A stretch of 62,995 nucleotides of DNA, the filler included, from Sphacelaria rigidula (Eukaryota): the NCBI GenBank assembly GCA_964200075.2. It is 6 parts of 6 records of this genome, joined end to end, with 100 filler letters (N's around TTAATTAATTAA, not from the genome) between each part and the next. Parts side by side here need not be neighbours in the genome. Positions count along the whole stretch, not along the records: positions 1 to 10,417 come from CAXNAA020006527.1; positions 10,518 to 20,933 come from CAXNAA020006528.1; 4 more parts are not named here. The stretch is one strand, 5' to 3'. Shown here piece after piece: positions 1-13,364 of this stretch. Both the position numbers and the translations under genes were made by a program. Positions within the stretch are counted from its first letter, which is position 1. Every line of letters begins with the position of its first letter. The notes beneath the pieces are model-generated. The model worked only from the letters and a program-made list of their open reading frames with translations. It was not told where the DNA came from and did no database searches.

Positions 1-322
1 GACGATCTGACTCGAATTTTCGAGCAACAAATGGCCCAAAATATCCCCCCCCGATCGTAGGATGACTCGGTAGTCGAGGTGTACCACTGAAAGGTACCTG
101 GCATGCCCTTCACAACCTACACGTTCTAGGGATGCTTTGATAAAATTCCTCAACAGTCAACGGCTCTCGGGGTGTTGATCCGATGTTTGATCACACTTTG
201 CGAGGCAGGTGCTGGGGAGATGGACTGGTGCTCCAAGACCAAGCGCTCGTGCCGAGGAGGAGGGGGGTTACACCATGGAGAAAACGTACTCTAGAAATAG
301 CTCCGATCGCTGAAGGAGTCAC

Positions 323-430
323 CTGTATCCCTCGGCTGGCACGGGGTGCCGTTGCTGAGCCCCCGTCTGCCGGCGGGGGTGGCCGGGCGTCATTGACGTT
401 TTGGTCGAAGGCAGGCGTAAGTGCTGGGAT
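323..430 (-). CDS. Candidate internal exon of an unknown gene
   Basis: ccttgcag|ATCCCAG...GATACAG|gtgact, 108 nt, GC-rich, open in two frames; phase-compatible with the 10094-10182 candidate. Confidence 0.25.
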
Positions 431-3400
431 CTGCAAGGCGGTTAGGCGGCCGAAAAAAAACAAAACAAAACAATGCAGACACAACGGGGAGAAGAGATAC
501 GCCGAGTTTTCTTTGTCATGAAAGAGTACAGCGGTACACATCTGAGTATTATGATATGTGTCGAGATTTACACCACAAAGATACTGAACAGCAGATAACG
601 GTTGAATACTGGGTTACCTTCATCAGGATTTTCGACACACGGTTTGCAATCTCCACTCGGAACTTCAACAATCGGTCAGCATTGGCAAAAGAAGCAGGTC
701 GCTCTTGCGAAGATTTTTCAAATTTTGTGCTGTCGGGGCAACTTGGAGCAAACCCCTTCAAGTATATGGTGACGACCATGATTGGTCCAAAAAAATCGGT
801 TTTCTGGCTATAGCGCGCATTGAAACGTCAGAAACTGAGTATTCACTACAAAAGGTTGGGATCGGTTGGGTCGAGCGAGCCTATCGAGGAGCGAAACACT
901 GAGGTTGTATACACGCTGGGCCCCCAACGACCGGTTAGCCCGTAAGTAATTCAAAATGGGTCACAGAAACAATTTGATATTCTAATTTTGTGGCGGGTAC
1001 TTGAGTATTTCAATCCTCATAGTTCAGTATCACACGTTAATCGTGACTATTATTGGTAACCGAAAAGGCTGGTCAACCAAAAAATTGTTTTCAGATGTTG
1101 ACTTCAGCGCTTCGCGAGGGGAGGTGCGCCGCGAGGAGTGAGAGCCAGGCAGAGGATGTGAGCAGAAATTGGTATAACACTGTTGCCAACGATTCGGGAC
1201 AGAAGGGCCCCGTTCACTTGAGAACGAGGTGCATTGCATGAAACTAGAGCAAGCACGATCTTCTACGACTTGCGAATGAACTACTTCTGGATATGAGGCC
1301 ACTTCTTATGTACTTTTTTTTTTTTTTAAACTTTCATTTTTGTCCCTCCTTCGTTGTTCTTCGCAGGAAAAGAGGTCCTGGTGGATGGTGACATCTGAGA
1401 ATGACTCGTTTTACACGATGAGATCGTTCCAGAGCACGTTTGCGTTTTCCGTAGGTTGCAGATTTGTTTCGGCCAAACTTGCGTAGTCAATAACAAACCG
1501 TCAAGTCATATAAAAACCGGCTGTTTTTTCCCAGTTTTTCATAACTTGCCTGTCATTGAAACTGCAAGCTTCGCCGAAAACAAAAGTGCGATCTACGGAA
1601 AACGCGAAGGTGCCCTGGAACGGTCTCAACGAGTAGAGCAAGTCATTCCAAGATGTCAACATCCGCCTCGCCCTTCTTTCGGACGAAGACAAAAATGCAC
1701 TTTTCAACAAGGCATTCTTCTTGATACGTATGGTAAGAAGTGGCCTAAGCATCGATTCATGTTCGAAAAAAGGCAAATGCACTCTTAGGTCGTGCTGTGC
1801 GGTCTCGTTTATCCTGAAATAATCTCGCGGCCGCAATTTCTAAAATCCCGTGTATCTTCCACACTCTGGACAAAATCATATGTTTCCAATATGTATGAAT
1901 CGACCATATTGGAATACTGCGATATATTGGCGGCGCAACATGTATTGGTACCCTTGGACTGACACGTATTGCGCGCTCAATATATACGTGTATATATATA
2001 TTGGTGTCGTGGGGCTGCAAACATATTGCTGCTCTCTATATATTTGTACCGTGGGATTGCACACATATTGTCCCATCAATATCATTTGGGGCGGTGTGCG
2101 CGAAGACACATTGCATGACCAATATATATATATATATATATTAGTTCGCTTTGGTGATAACATATTGACCGGTCAATATGTATTGGGGCCGTACGGGTGC
2201 AAATATATTGCCCGGTCACGGTATCAGTACAGGTATATATGCCGGGGTAGCGTGTGTTACAACATATCACCCACCCAATATGCATTTGGGTGCGCGCATC
2301 GATGTCGAGTATCTGTTCCGCCGAACCATATCGTTCGAGCATTATGCTCTGCCGCGTCCTGCAAGCCATGCCGCCCAAGGTATCTCTCATTCAGTGTAAT
2401 TCAACAAGTGAGTCATTCAATATTTTGTTGACGTGCAGGATGCTTATACGAGAGCCATTTCGGATCACTTCGAGAAAAGGAAAAAGGCGAGCGTGTTGCG
2501 TCCTCCCTTCGGGGTTTCGGGGTGGTCGTTTTTGAGACAAGTGATTCGATTCATAAGTTACCGGACCCTTTGGCTGTGAGGTTACGTTGGCTGATGAATC
2601 GGCATCAGTTTTATTTGAAACAATGGGATATTTACGGGGGAAGTTTTCGAGAAGAAGTGATCCGAATCATTAGTTGCATGACCCTTTGCCTATGAGGTTA
2701 CGATAGCTGGTGAATCGGCATCACCTTTACTTGAAAAAATGGCGTGACCCAAAGCCCACAAACAAACCAAAGGCGTCGAAGGTATTTCATACTCAAAGTT
2801 CCTGTATTTTTTTACCGGCAATTGCTGTTAAATATACCGCGAGCTTCGAGTTTGAGATACCTCTGTTGTGTACGAGCTGGTCAACCCTCAGGGTGTGTAC
2901 TACTTTGTGGCTGTCTGTCAGCTGTAAAAATAGTGACTGGCTGCCAGCTGCCCATGGAAAAACATTCATCTAAAGATCTCAGCTGTCCATGGGAAAACAT
3001 GTATCTGCGGCTCTCTGCCCTCTACAGACCACCCACCACCCCCCCTTTCCACCGCATAACGAAAGAGCAAGGCGATCGTTTGCGTTGAAAAAAGACTGTC
3101 AAAAAGCAGAAGAAAATATACGCATTTTCAAATAAAGCTGGTGAGCCGACTGCTATTGGCGAGTGTAGCGGTGGTTCGACAAGGTCAAACGATGGGAGCA
3201 GTCGTGGGATCTCGCGGGGGTCGAGGGACAATGACTGAGCCGTCTTGCTTGGTCAACCGAGTGCGGCAACAACCCGTGTGCCGAAGGCCGTCAAGACGGC
3301 AATCGCCAACATCGCGGTCCTGCAGGGATATCAGCTCTGCGAAGTCCCGCCAACCTCAATGGCAATGCGATTTTATGGGTGTGATGTACGCTTTAAAAAA

Positions 3401-4584
3401 AGATCCAGATGCAATGGATGCCGGAGTCCGTTCAGATTGAGAAAAGCTTGGGAGTAACCCGCAGACGTTCGCGTGAATAGCTACCGGGAGATGTCGAATG
3501 AGTTTTGATATGTATAGATTGGTCGGGAAATATGGTGACAGAAGAGGCGATCCGGTTTATACGCCTCCTGAAACCCATCTGGCCAACGGTGCGGTCCCGC
3601 CCATCCCCTTCACGGGATGTGATATATCTTGGCTAAACAGTACGACGGCAGAAAACGCGGGTCGATATGCGCTTTTCGGTACCCCTCTGGTCACCACTGC
3701 TGCGTTGCTTATACCCTGGACAATACAATATGTTCCAAAATGATGCCAAAACTTTGTGTTGGAGACGCGAAAATATTGTCTTTTCAAAATTTATTATATT
3801 CAGATGTCCTCGGAGACATTGAAGCAACAAAACATCTTTTTCGTGTCATTATCGTGAAGTAATGCATGACAATATGTTTTGGACATATATTTGCTCCGGG
3901 AACAAAACGTTCAATATCTATTGTGCATGCCGGCCATATATATATTGAAGTGTCAATATATTTTGAGTCGAAGCGATGCGTAACATGTTGTTGCCAAAAT
4001 GTATATTGAACACGAACCATGCAAAAGTATTGTTTTTCCGACATGTATCGCAAACGCTCATCGCATAGCTATTGCGCAGCCAATATACATCGGACACACT
4101 CGCGGAGGAGTATATTGAGCGTTTTCGGCATCTGGTGATGTATCTTTCGATGGCACCCGCGAACATAAAACTGCCCACCATAACAATTATTATAAACCTT
4201 CCAATGGACATATTGAATCATCGATATAACCATATATATATATATATATTGCTACGCCAATGTATGATGTGACGGTCGGTTCCTTCGTGTATTGTTCGCC
4301 CAATATGTATTCGAACCCATTGACGCACGACACATTGGAGCGGCAATATTTGTATTGGCGCTTAGAGTGTTGAGTACATTGAATCGTCTATATATATTGA
4401 CCACGTGTGGCAGCCAATATAGTACTCGACATTATATATTGGCGCCTTGCCGCGTCAACATATTTATCGGCCAGTGTACTGTATGTTCAGGTGGCTCGTG
4501 GCGTGATATATTGTTCGGTCGAGATATATCGCATGTCGCAAGCCTTGACATATTGATGACACAATATATATATATATATATATA

Positions 4585-5184
4585 CTCCCTCTGTCCCATA
4601 AGTCTGGGAACTTATGGTTGTATGAGCCCTCAACGGTGTGATATCTGATTTTCGATCTCTTTATTGCATTCGTCGGCGTTTTTTAAGCTGAAAAAAACAG
4701 TCTTCCCATAACGTGGGGTGCCTGACCCATGCAGCCGCGCGGCCGAGAAAACGCACGTCGGTCCGAATACGGCCATTTTTCGCTCGTTTTCCGAGGAAAG
4801 CATGAAAGGTCCGGGTGCACGAAAAATCGCGAAAAATAGGCCAGAAAAATGTGAGAATCGCGAAACCCCCACTTATTTCAGACCTGCCCGTGATGTTTAC
4901 CCACGCACGCCCCATTCAACAGTTTGTTAGCATGTAATTGCTAGTGCTCGACCTGAAAATGTCCAAAATCGGTCAATGATCGGGGTATAAATGGATCAAA
5001 AAGGGTCAAAATGGGTATATTTGGACACTCACTACATTAGTGTAGATAACCTTACTTTTCATTTTGCATCAGCTTCGTTTGCCATTCATCTTTCTAACGA
5101 ACCCACCTATAGGATGATCGTCAACGTTTGAACACCAAAACGATCAAATGCCCATAAGTTCCCAGACTTATGGGACAGAGGAAG
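4585..5184. mobile_element. Tc1/mariner (Stowaway-like) MITE, 600 bp
   Basis: TA|CTCCCTCTGTCCCATAAGTCTGGGAACTTATGG ... CCATAAGTTCCCAGACTTATGGGACAGAGGAAG|TA; ~33-bp TIR and TA TSD. Confidence 0.9.
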
Positions 5185-8100
5185 TATACATATATTGACT
5201 TATCTCTCGTGCCATCATATTGCTCGCCAAATATATACTGACCACCCGACACGTAGACATATTCAGTGGGCATTATAAATTACATATATTATTGTCCAGG
5301 GTGTTGAATATTCCGAACGATGTCGATCTCCGTTTATTCCTGCACAAAAGGTCCGTTGCCATATTTCTGAATCACCTGCCATATTTCTGAATCACCTGTC
5401 AACACAGGATTTTCACAAATTTGTGGTGGACTGTTTTCGAGGATGGGCAAAGTCACACAACACGGCCGTTGAGCTCAGCTGCACCTGTTTTCAAAAGTAT
5501 TTCGATGCCTATGAAGGTGCCCAAGGTTCATCCTCAGAAAACAAGTCGATCCGCAATTTGAAATAAACCCGTTTGATCACGTGCGAAACAAAACCACTTT
5601 TTCATGCACCCCTTCTGAACTTATTTTCCCTCCATTCCATCAACTAGAAATACAAATTGCTCTCTTCTTCACCCAAAGTTACAACACTCATTCAAGTCGT
5701 CAGGGGACGAAAACCTCTAACTCGTTCGTCCCAGAAAACAAGCATCCAAGGCCACACGTGCAGCGCACTTGAGCATCGCCATAAACAGCGACACCGTCGG
5801 CCAGGGAACGGCGCGGCGAACACTCGAACTACAGGCACGTATACATAACGCCAGTAAAGGTTTCCCATCTTCAAAAGACTGGAACATTTTTTTACTGAAG
5901 ATTATCACTATTTTGATAGGTCGTCGAAACAAGGGCGTTTTTTACTCAGCCAAGGAACTTGTACAGCCGAGAGGGCATCAGCAGCTACGACATACTACAA
6001 CAACGGTGGTCGAGTGAGAGCGAGAGCCGAGGAGAGCAGCCGCAACATCATCAATGAAGAATGGACTCAGTGAACTCAGCGAACACCAGTATTCCCTTGG
6101 CTCCTGATCATTGAACCCCTGAGTTGGTAGTACAAAACCATATTCACAGCAAAGAAGAGACATGGATATACATTTATCTTGAACGCATGTAGGTATGAAC
6201 ATTTGTTTCATCATTGAAGGGAAATTGTCCGAGTCACACTGGGGTTAACAGACTAGCGTCCCGGGTTGACACTTGACTGATTTTGTCACGGGTAGGCGTG
6301 TGTTCAGGCGAGGTATGCCATCTGTACGTGTTGGCTGGCTCCTGTCTGCACGGCCATGGAAACAAAGGAACTAAAACCGGCATACCTACATGCATGATTG
6401 GTTGATCGGTTGATTGTCGCACTTTAGCTGCTCCCCCAGAGACCCAGCGGTGGTCATTATCCACATGATAGACGTACCCGACATGAGAGCAAAATGGACA
6501 CACTCACTCACTGAACACAAGCGAAGGGCACAGAATGGTAGAATGCATGCATACGTGTATGATTTTCAATTGAAATCTGAACGTCACCCTGGTGATGTTT
6601 GTATAATCGTGGAACCGTTTATACCTCGCTACTTTGCAGAATGTATCTATATGCTATCGAATCCTATTCACGGAATGGTCTCAAAATATTGCGATGCCAG
6701 ATGACACTGCCTATAACTTGGTCTTTGGAACTCAATGGTAGCAAACGGCTGTACCGCTTGTGAGTAATCGATGTAACCGTTTCATTCCACTGTTCATTTC
6801 AGTCAAAGTACGACTAGGCGCATCAAGGTAGAACACGTGCCGAAACTAAGATGTTGCAGCTAATTACTTCCAGAACCGGAAAAACGTGCGGTATGATTGA
6901 TCTATATACCTTGTTAGCAAGAGGTTGAAAAACAAATACAATATATCTTGACGTAGGTTGAAATTGCTCTTTGGCCCAAAATGGATGGAACCTTGGGTTC
7001 GACGATCTCTCGATCTCCCTACCGCTGAGACTGTTCCGACCCTCATTCAGGTTTCTGATGGAAGGACAAACCTTGTGTTTTTTTCTATCCTGGTCCACTG
7101 AGCGCCCATGAACAACATCGACTTTCATCTTTTGCTGCAAGCCATGAGCTTATGCTACAGTGCATCCTCTACGAGCACCAGCTATTGAGGCAGAGAAGCC
7201 TGCCCATCGAGACAACACTACACCACTAGACTTAAACCAAGTTGTGAGCCTCTCAAGCGGTTACGAGCCTATAATACCTTACAGTGCGACCCCGCCATAA
7301 CCCTTCGAGACACATACGGTATAGTGCGGGTGAGATTGTACTGTAATGCGGGGCTCACACATACTGATCCTTCATCGTTGCAACAATCCGCTCACGGCGG
7401 CGGCGGCGTGGACTCTTGTTCCTTCTTCGGTTCAAGCTGTTTTCCTCATGACAATACCGCTCGTCACGTGTCCAATCAATCACAATCGGCGTGTGGTCCA
7501 GCCGGAATACATCAGTGCACAGCACGACACATCACAAAACAATGCACCAAGCTGAACATAGCTTCAAACTCAGGCTCACGCTCACATCTAGACACATCAT
7601 GTTGGAACATGGTACATGTAATCGCGCGCGGGGAGTTTTTTTTCGGCCAAATAGCCGCCGCCGAATCACAGCAATGTAGAAACACGAAAAAATACATACA
7701 CGAACTCACACCGTGCTAAAATATATGCGCCCACCTGTCTTGATCGCCTGGCTTCCCTTTCCCAGGCTGGAACCTCCTCTCCATCCACGGATGCCCGCCC
7801 TTGACTACTGGTGCTTGACCTCCTGCGGATAGCAACGGATTGCACAGTTCGAACACCCTTCTGCGCCGCCTTCGTGAAGTTTCGACCTTTCAGCCTAGGT
7901 TCCTCTTGCCTCGCCGCGATGAACGCCACGCCCCACATAATCAGAAGAAATTCTGCGATAAAGAGGTGGTGGAATATCCGGTCAATAACCTCGTATGTGA
8001 AAATAGGTGGGAAAGAAATAGAGCTCCGGGTACCCAACCCTTCTGGTATCAAGCATCTCTGTGGTGACGAGTTTTAGGTGCAGTATTCTTCATGCAGGTG

Positions 8101-10093
8101 TCACTTACGTAATCCTATGTTATATTCAGTACTCTTGCGAACATGTGATATTATTCGACCCCAGCATGCGTGGGACGTTTAGCGATGGCTCGCGTAGTTG
8201 ATCATTCCGTTGTCCCCCGTGAGTGCACACCAGTGTAACGAATGTCAGTCCAGACAGCCAAACACTCAAGACAGGAAGTGGCACACTCTTATCTCGTACT
8301 CTCTGTCAAACGTACAACTACAATATTCAGCACCCAGCATTAGCGTTACATACAAGGTATATGCCATGAGAGCGTTACCCGCTTTTCCTTCTCAGACCCG
8401 TGCGTTGGTATATTTCCTGATATCTCAGACCTCGGGTCTGTAGAAGAATTATGTAGTCAAGCTTGGATTAGGGTTACGGGTATGATCAAGCTTGATATGA
8501 GATGACTAGGGGTTACTCAAATTGGCCCTGTAAGCCTATTGCTGCCACATCTACGTATGTACCAAATGTCATCGTCCTAAACCATCTACCCATCGGTAAG
8601 AACGAGTGAAAGAGCGGTGCCTGAGCATGAACGAGGACCAATAATGAAGAGGTGAGGGTTCCTGGGACGTCGAGAGATATTGCCTACGAGTGATGATCGC
8701 GCGATATGAAATATTGCTGGGCGCTGAACAAATCGAGTTATCTGTTCGACATTCTGTACCTTGCTAAGCGTGTTGACCACGCAGACCAGGACAACCCCCA
8801 TGACATTCAGCGTCGACACATATATTTTTTGGTGATCGTTGACGGGTCAACATGCAAGTAAGTTTCATCATTAATGCGTCCTTGGGTCATGAAGGATTGG
8901 TACACTGATTGTACTGCCACCTTAGTATCACGCGCATCTTAGCGCTACTTGCACGCTTCTACTGGTGGGTTGGCATATGGAAACCTCCACCTGCTGGTGG
9001 ATCCGGCAATGTCTTATGTGCCAAGCTCAGAAACCTTCGCGACAGATAGCACGCTGGCCCGATATTCCCATGGAACTCCACAATGCCCCTCGCACCCTGT
9101 CGATCGCAAATATCTGAGTTTGCTGTGCACTAAACAAACCGAGCTCTCTGTTTGACATTCAGAGCCTTGCTCAGCGTATGTTGGCATTACACGCCAGTGT
9201 CACCCGTTGATATTTGGCGTCGAACTCGACGTGTCTCCTTTGAATAGTTCGTGTTGTCTTCCTGTCAGCCTGTGCTGTACCGTTGCCCAGAAATTTGTAG
9301 TGTACTGCGCTTCCGGTTTGTTGTCAGGGCGCAGGGTCATTTGATTTGTTTTCGATTGTCTGTCGCCTGTTGATTGTGTACAGTCGATTTACGGTCGGAT
9401 ACTTGACTGAGTTGCCTCGTACCCACACATCCTTCCTCCCCCTCCCCCTCAATTCGAAAGCAGAACTTATTGCCGAAAAGACAAGAACAAGAACGTTTTT
9501 CTCTGAGCAGGCGTTATAAAACTCACAACGAATAGATGAGACCGGCGGGTACTTTCCCCCTCAAAGTACATCTGTGTACTCGCTCTTTTTCTACGACAAA
9601 CGGTGGTATTCTTGAGCTTCACCGAGTACTCGAAAACGCCTCAAAAATACCCGGTGCACTACCGGGTACTTGAAGTATCGGCCCGCCGATAACAACCCTA
9701 CTGCCCCCACGTCCTCCCTTTTCTCTGCCCTCCTCCCTTTCCCCTCCTCTCGCCCCCCCCCTCTTTCTCTTTCTCCTCCTCCTATTCTCTCACACACATA
9801 CCCGCGGGAACTTTGTCGAGCACCAAGCCGTTCAGGCCGGTCAAATCCGACTTCAGATGGAAGGCATTAGATATCACCGCATATTTAGACGTGGAATCTT
9901 CTTTTGACGACTGGGAGTAGATTCAGTGGGATCTTTCTTCGAGAGTAACCCCCTCCCCACAATCATCGTCCCCACATACCGGTAGCCTGCTCCGGTGAGA
10001 ACCCGGCGTGCTCCGTCCCGGCTTTGTAGGGATGCGATTTCAATGCTCTCATGACTACGGCATGCATGATCATGAGTACCCCCCCACACACAC

Positions 10094-10182
10094 CGGTAGG
10101 TGGTGAAGTCTTTCTCGTCGTCACTGTACATGGTCTCTTGAAATTTGGTGCAAGGCGTGCATACGCACTGTATAGACGGCAT
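10094..10182 (-). CDS. Candidate internal exon of an unknown gene
   Basis: gctgcag|ATGCCG...TACCG|gtgtgt, open frame MPSIQCVCTPCTKFQETMYSDDEKDFTTY; no recognisable domain. Confidence 0.35.
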
Positions 10183-10417
10183 CTGCAGCAGCGTGGAGGC
10201 TGTGCGCAGCAGTGGGTACGCGCAACGGCGAGGGTGCGCAAATCTTACTGCGAGGAACCCAGGAGGAATGCCTTTCCTACAGAAGTCCATGCCTTGAATA
10301 AAACCTGACGACTTTACGGAGGAGTGATGCTACGGTAGGGGTACACGAATATTTTCTGAGGTGAGAATTGTTACGAGCCCTTTATCTCACCCAAAACACG
10401 ACTTATGAAAATATGCG

Positions 10418-10517
10418 NNNNNNNNNNNNNNNNNNNNNNNNNNNNNNNNNNNNNNNNNNNNTTAATTAATTAANNNNNNNNNNNNNNNNNNNNNNNNNNN
10501 NNNNNNNNNNNNNNNNN
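10418..10517. other. Artificial contig spacer (N44-TTAATTAATTAA-N44)
   Basis: Identical 100-nt spacer recurring every ~10.5 kb; the core gives stop codons in all six frames. Confidence 0.98.
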
Positions 10518-10529
10518 ACTGGTGAACCA

Positions 10530-11530
10530 CATGTGATGCGTCTTTAGCGTGCTATATACGGGCTACGTCAAAGTCCTGATGGATGGATTTTTACAATTGA
10601 TCCTGAACTACAGAACATGGGTTTCAAAGCGACTGCAAGTGATTCGTGTGTTTATACAAGAGGACGACAAGAACATTTTGTCATGATCACTTTGTTCGTT
10701 GATGATATCCTAGCTACAGAACAATCCATCGAAATCTTACAAAGTGTACAAGACACTCTCAAAACAAAATTTGCAATGTCAGAGTTGGGACCTGTTTTAC
10801 TTATTTTAGGTATGGAGGTCATCAGAGATTCTGAAAGAGGATTTCTAAAACTACCACAGCTGAAAGATGTACCAAATTGCTACAAACGTTCAAAATGAAC
10901 TCCTGCGACACCGTGCGTACACCAGACCAGGTATTGCAAATCAATATACCGAAGAACCAAAAGAAAAGAGAATAGACGAAACAATATCAAGCAATGGTAG
11001 GTAGTCTGATTTTTCTAGCACAATGCACCAGATTCGGCATAGCTTTAGTGCTACTCAGGCAGCTCGCTATATGAGTAAACGAAGTACCCATCATTTAGGT
11101 ACTTGAAAGGGATACCGGATATACCCATCACGTACCGCTTCGCAAATAATAACTTGAATCTACGAGAATACTGTGATTCTTCATACGATAACTCATGTTC
11201 ACGAGGGAGAATGATATCAACCACAGGAACTACGTTCTTTTTAGCCAACAGATTAGTTCACTTTTCTCCAAGTCTGCAGAAAATTACTGCTTCTTCAACA
11301 GTTACTGAAGCAGAACTGCTAGCTTTAGCCAGATGTGGAGAATTTGCCATGTATTTACTGAATCTCCTACGTGAACTTGGCTGGCCATCGATGAAAACAC
11401 CCACTATTCTCTCAGACTCTCAAGGGGCACTAAATTTATAATCAAATTCTAACTATAGCACAAGTAGCGAACATTTAGCTATAAAGTCTTCTAATCTTAA
11501 AGATATGATAGAAAACGATCGAAAATAATC
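10530..11530 (+). pseudogene. Ty1/copia reverse transcriptase-RNase H relic (frameshifted)
   Basis: GFKATASDSCVY...ITLFVDDIL...FAMSELGP..ILGMEV; YCDSSY, SSTVTEAELLAL, ILSDSQGAL. Confidence 0.9.
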
Positions 11531-11983
11531 ATAAGGCTGGGATTTATAGATACCAGTATTTACCCTACAAGTTTTACCTTTCTTGCGAGTCTTCCAGCAC
11601 TTCATGAAAATAGTGATTTACTCTTCGTTCTAGATCCGGAGATATTCAACTTTTTATGCAAGGCATGGTACAAGGAGAATGTCGATGAGTTTGATTTTTA
11701 TTTTACCGAAAAGGATTCATGGAGCTATAGTGTCTAGGATCAAAGCAACAAGATTGAACACTCGAACCTATATTTTGTTCAAGGATATATCATGGGGATC
11801 CGAGTGTTAACTTCGTGGCATATGTAGTAACTTCGTGGAAACTAGTATAATTAAATGGATGTCTACGGGGAAAGTCATCCAATTTATTTTTATGCAGAAG
11901 AGTTTCATCATCTTTTCTCTCATGTTTCCCGTACGGTCATGTTTATTTTTTAATCAAGATATAGAAATAGCTTTCAAAGGGTG

Positions 11984-12415
11984 TGTTGGAAAGAAATCTA
12001 TTTCGTAGATACATAAAAAGTGTGCGGAAGATAAACTTACGGTTCAGTATGAACAGCAACATACGTAAAACGTAGAACATACAGTACGGACGGGTTTTGA
12101 TGTTAGGGTTACGCAGGATTGATGAATGGATAGGTCGGTCTGTCTTTGTCAGAATAGTGAAGAGCTTGAGTCGAGGAGTCTACCGTATCAAGCGTTTATG
12201 GATGTAGAGTGCATGGTCATTGAGTTCAGGTCGTACAGTTCACAGTACGAAAGGTTTTGTTGGGATGGCACAGTTTTTTGAGATACCACGTTGTGATCAC
12301 TCTCCATTTTTTGCACTCAATCAGGTCTATCAGCTTGTTATTGGTTTCTGCGTGAATAAAGAACCACGTGTTTTATTGTGCTTGTTTGGTCGGATCAAGC
12401 GCCAACCTTGAAACA
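11984..12415 (+). repeat. Probable 3' LTR of the upstream copia relic
   Basis: TGTTGG...GAAACA termini, purine-rich stretch AAAGGGTG just 5', AATAAA near the 3' end; partner LTR not in the contig. Confidence 0.4.
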
Positions 12416-13157
12416 CCTTGTCATCTTTTTTGAATGCACAAGCAAGTGTTGAACAACATTGTGCGGCCTCTGCGAGCTCTCTTGTCAGAGCTGGGTTCAC
12501 GTGGTGAACTGTGTTCCTGTCGAATTGACAGTCAAACGTTGTGTGTTATACACAAGCCGTAGCCATGCGCTTGACAATGAACGCCTCTTCGTCTCATGGC
12601 AATTTGCAAAGGTGATGAAAGGTATCTCAAACCCGTGGTTCCCGATGTATTTGACGGGACAGTAAAGTGAAATATACGGGGAATGAATCTCGGGTGTGGG
12701 ATACCCTTTTGATGGGAGTATTTCAAACCCGAGATCCCGATACATGCAACGGTAATCAACAGGGTATTTTTGAAAGTAGGATTGGAAACACATATGAGGT
12801 TCAACACAACAGCCGTGCTTCCGCGCCCTAAATTCATGACGAACCCATCCCTCCCGACCTCCTTCAAATCATTTTGGGAGATTTCTAGCCTTCCGTTCCC
12901 TCATGAGGAATGTGCGAAAACGCGAGTTTTGAGCCAAAAACACCTTTTTTTTCCCCTCGAAATCAAGGCAAGAGGGTGCTTTCGCACATACCGTTTGGGG
13001 GAACGGGAGGCGAGAAGCCCCCCGAACTAGTTTTTGTGGGTCGGGAGGGATGAGGTCGCCTGTATGAAACTCATTTGTCATGAATTTTGATCAGGAAAAG
13101 CACGGCGTTTGAGTTCAGCCTCATATTGTTTTCGATCCCATTTTCGAGAGGCCAATA

Positions 13158-13364
13158 TAATGCGTGAAAGGACCGCGTGCTTGGAGGACCTTATCGGAAT
13201 TTCAACATCGCTATGGTCAGGGTTAGGGTTGGGGTCCGTGTTGGGGTTAGGGTCAGGGCCGTCGTCCCTGCAAAAGCTGGCCCGATTGGTTTTGGAAAAC
13301 ATCGATCCTGAGGTGTTCCGAACTACGATGCGGTCCTCTAATCACGCGGTCCTCTCACGCATTT
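13158..13364. mobile_element. MITE with ~38-bp TIRs and internal TTAGGG-like repeats
   Basis: TAATGCGTGAAAGGACCGCGTG...CACGCGGTCCTCTCACGCATT; inside GGTCAGGGTTAGGGTTGGGG...GGGTTAGGGTCAGGG. Confidence 0.85.

Noticed and set aside
1850..2431. 193-aa ORF and similar Tyr/Ile-rich ORFs at 3784-4648
   Set aside because: Derived from AT-rich (TA)n/ATATTG repeats; no domain signal
10462..10473. Recurring TTAATTAATTAA palindrome with ~10.5-kb periodicity
   Set aside because: Synthetic linker embedded in Ns, not a biological motif
13215..13260. True telomere or chromosome end
   Set aside because: Only a few degenerate units, internal to a TIR-bounded element
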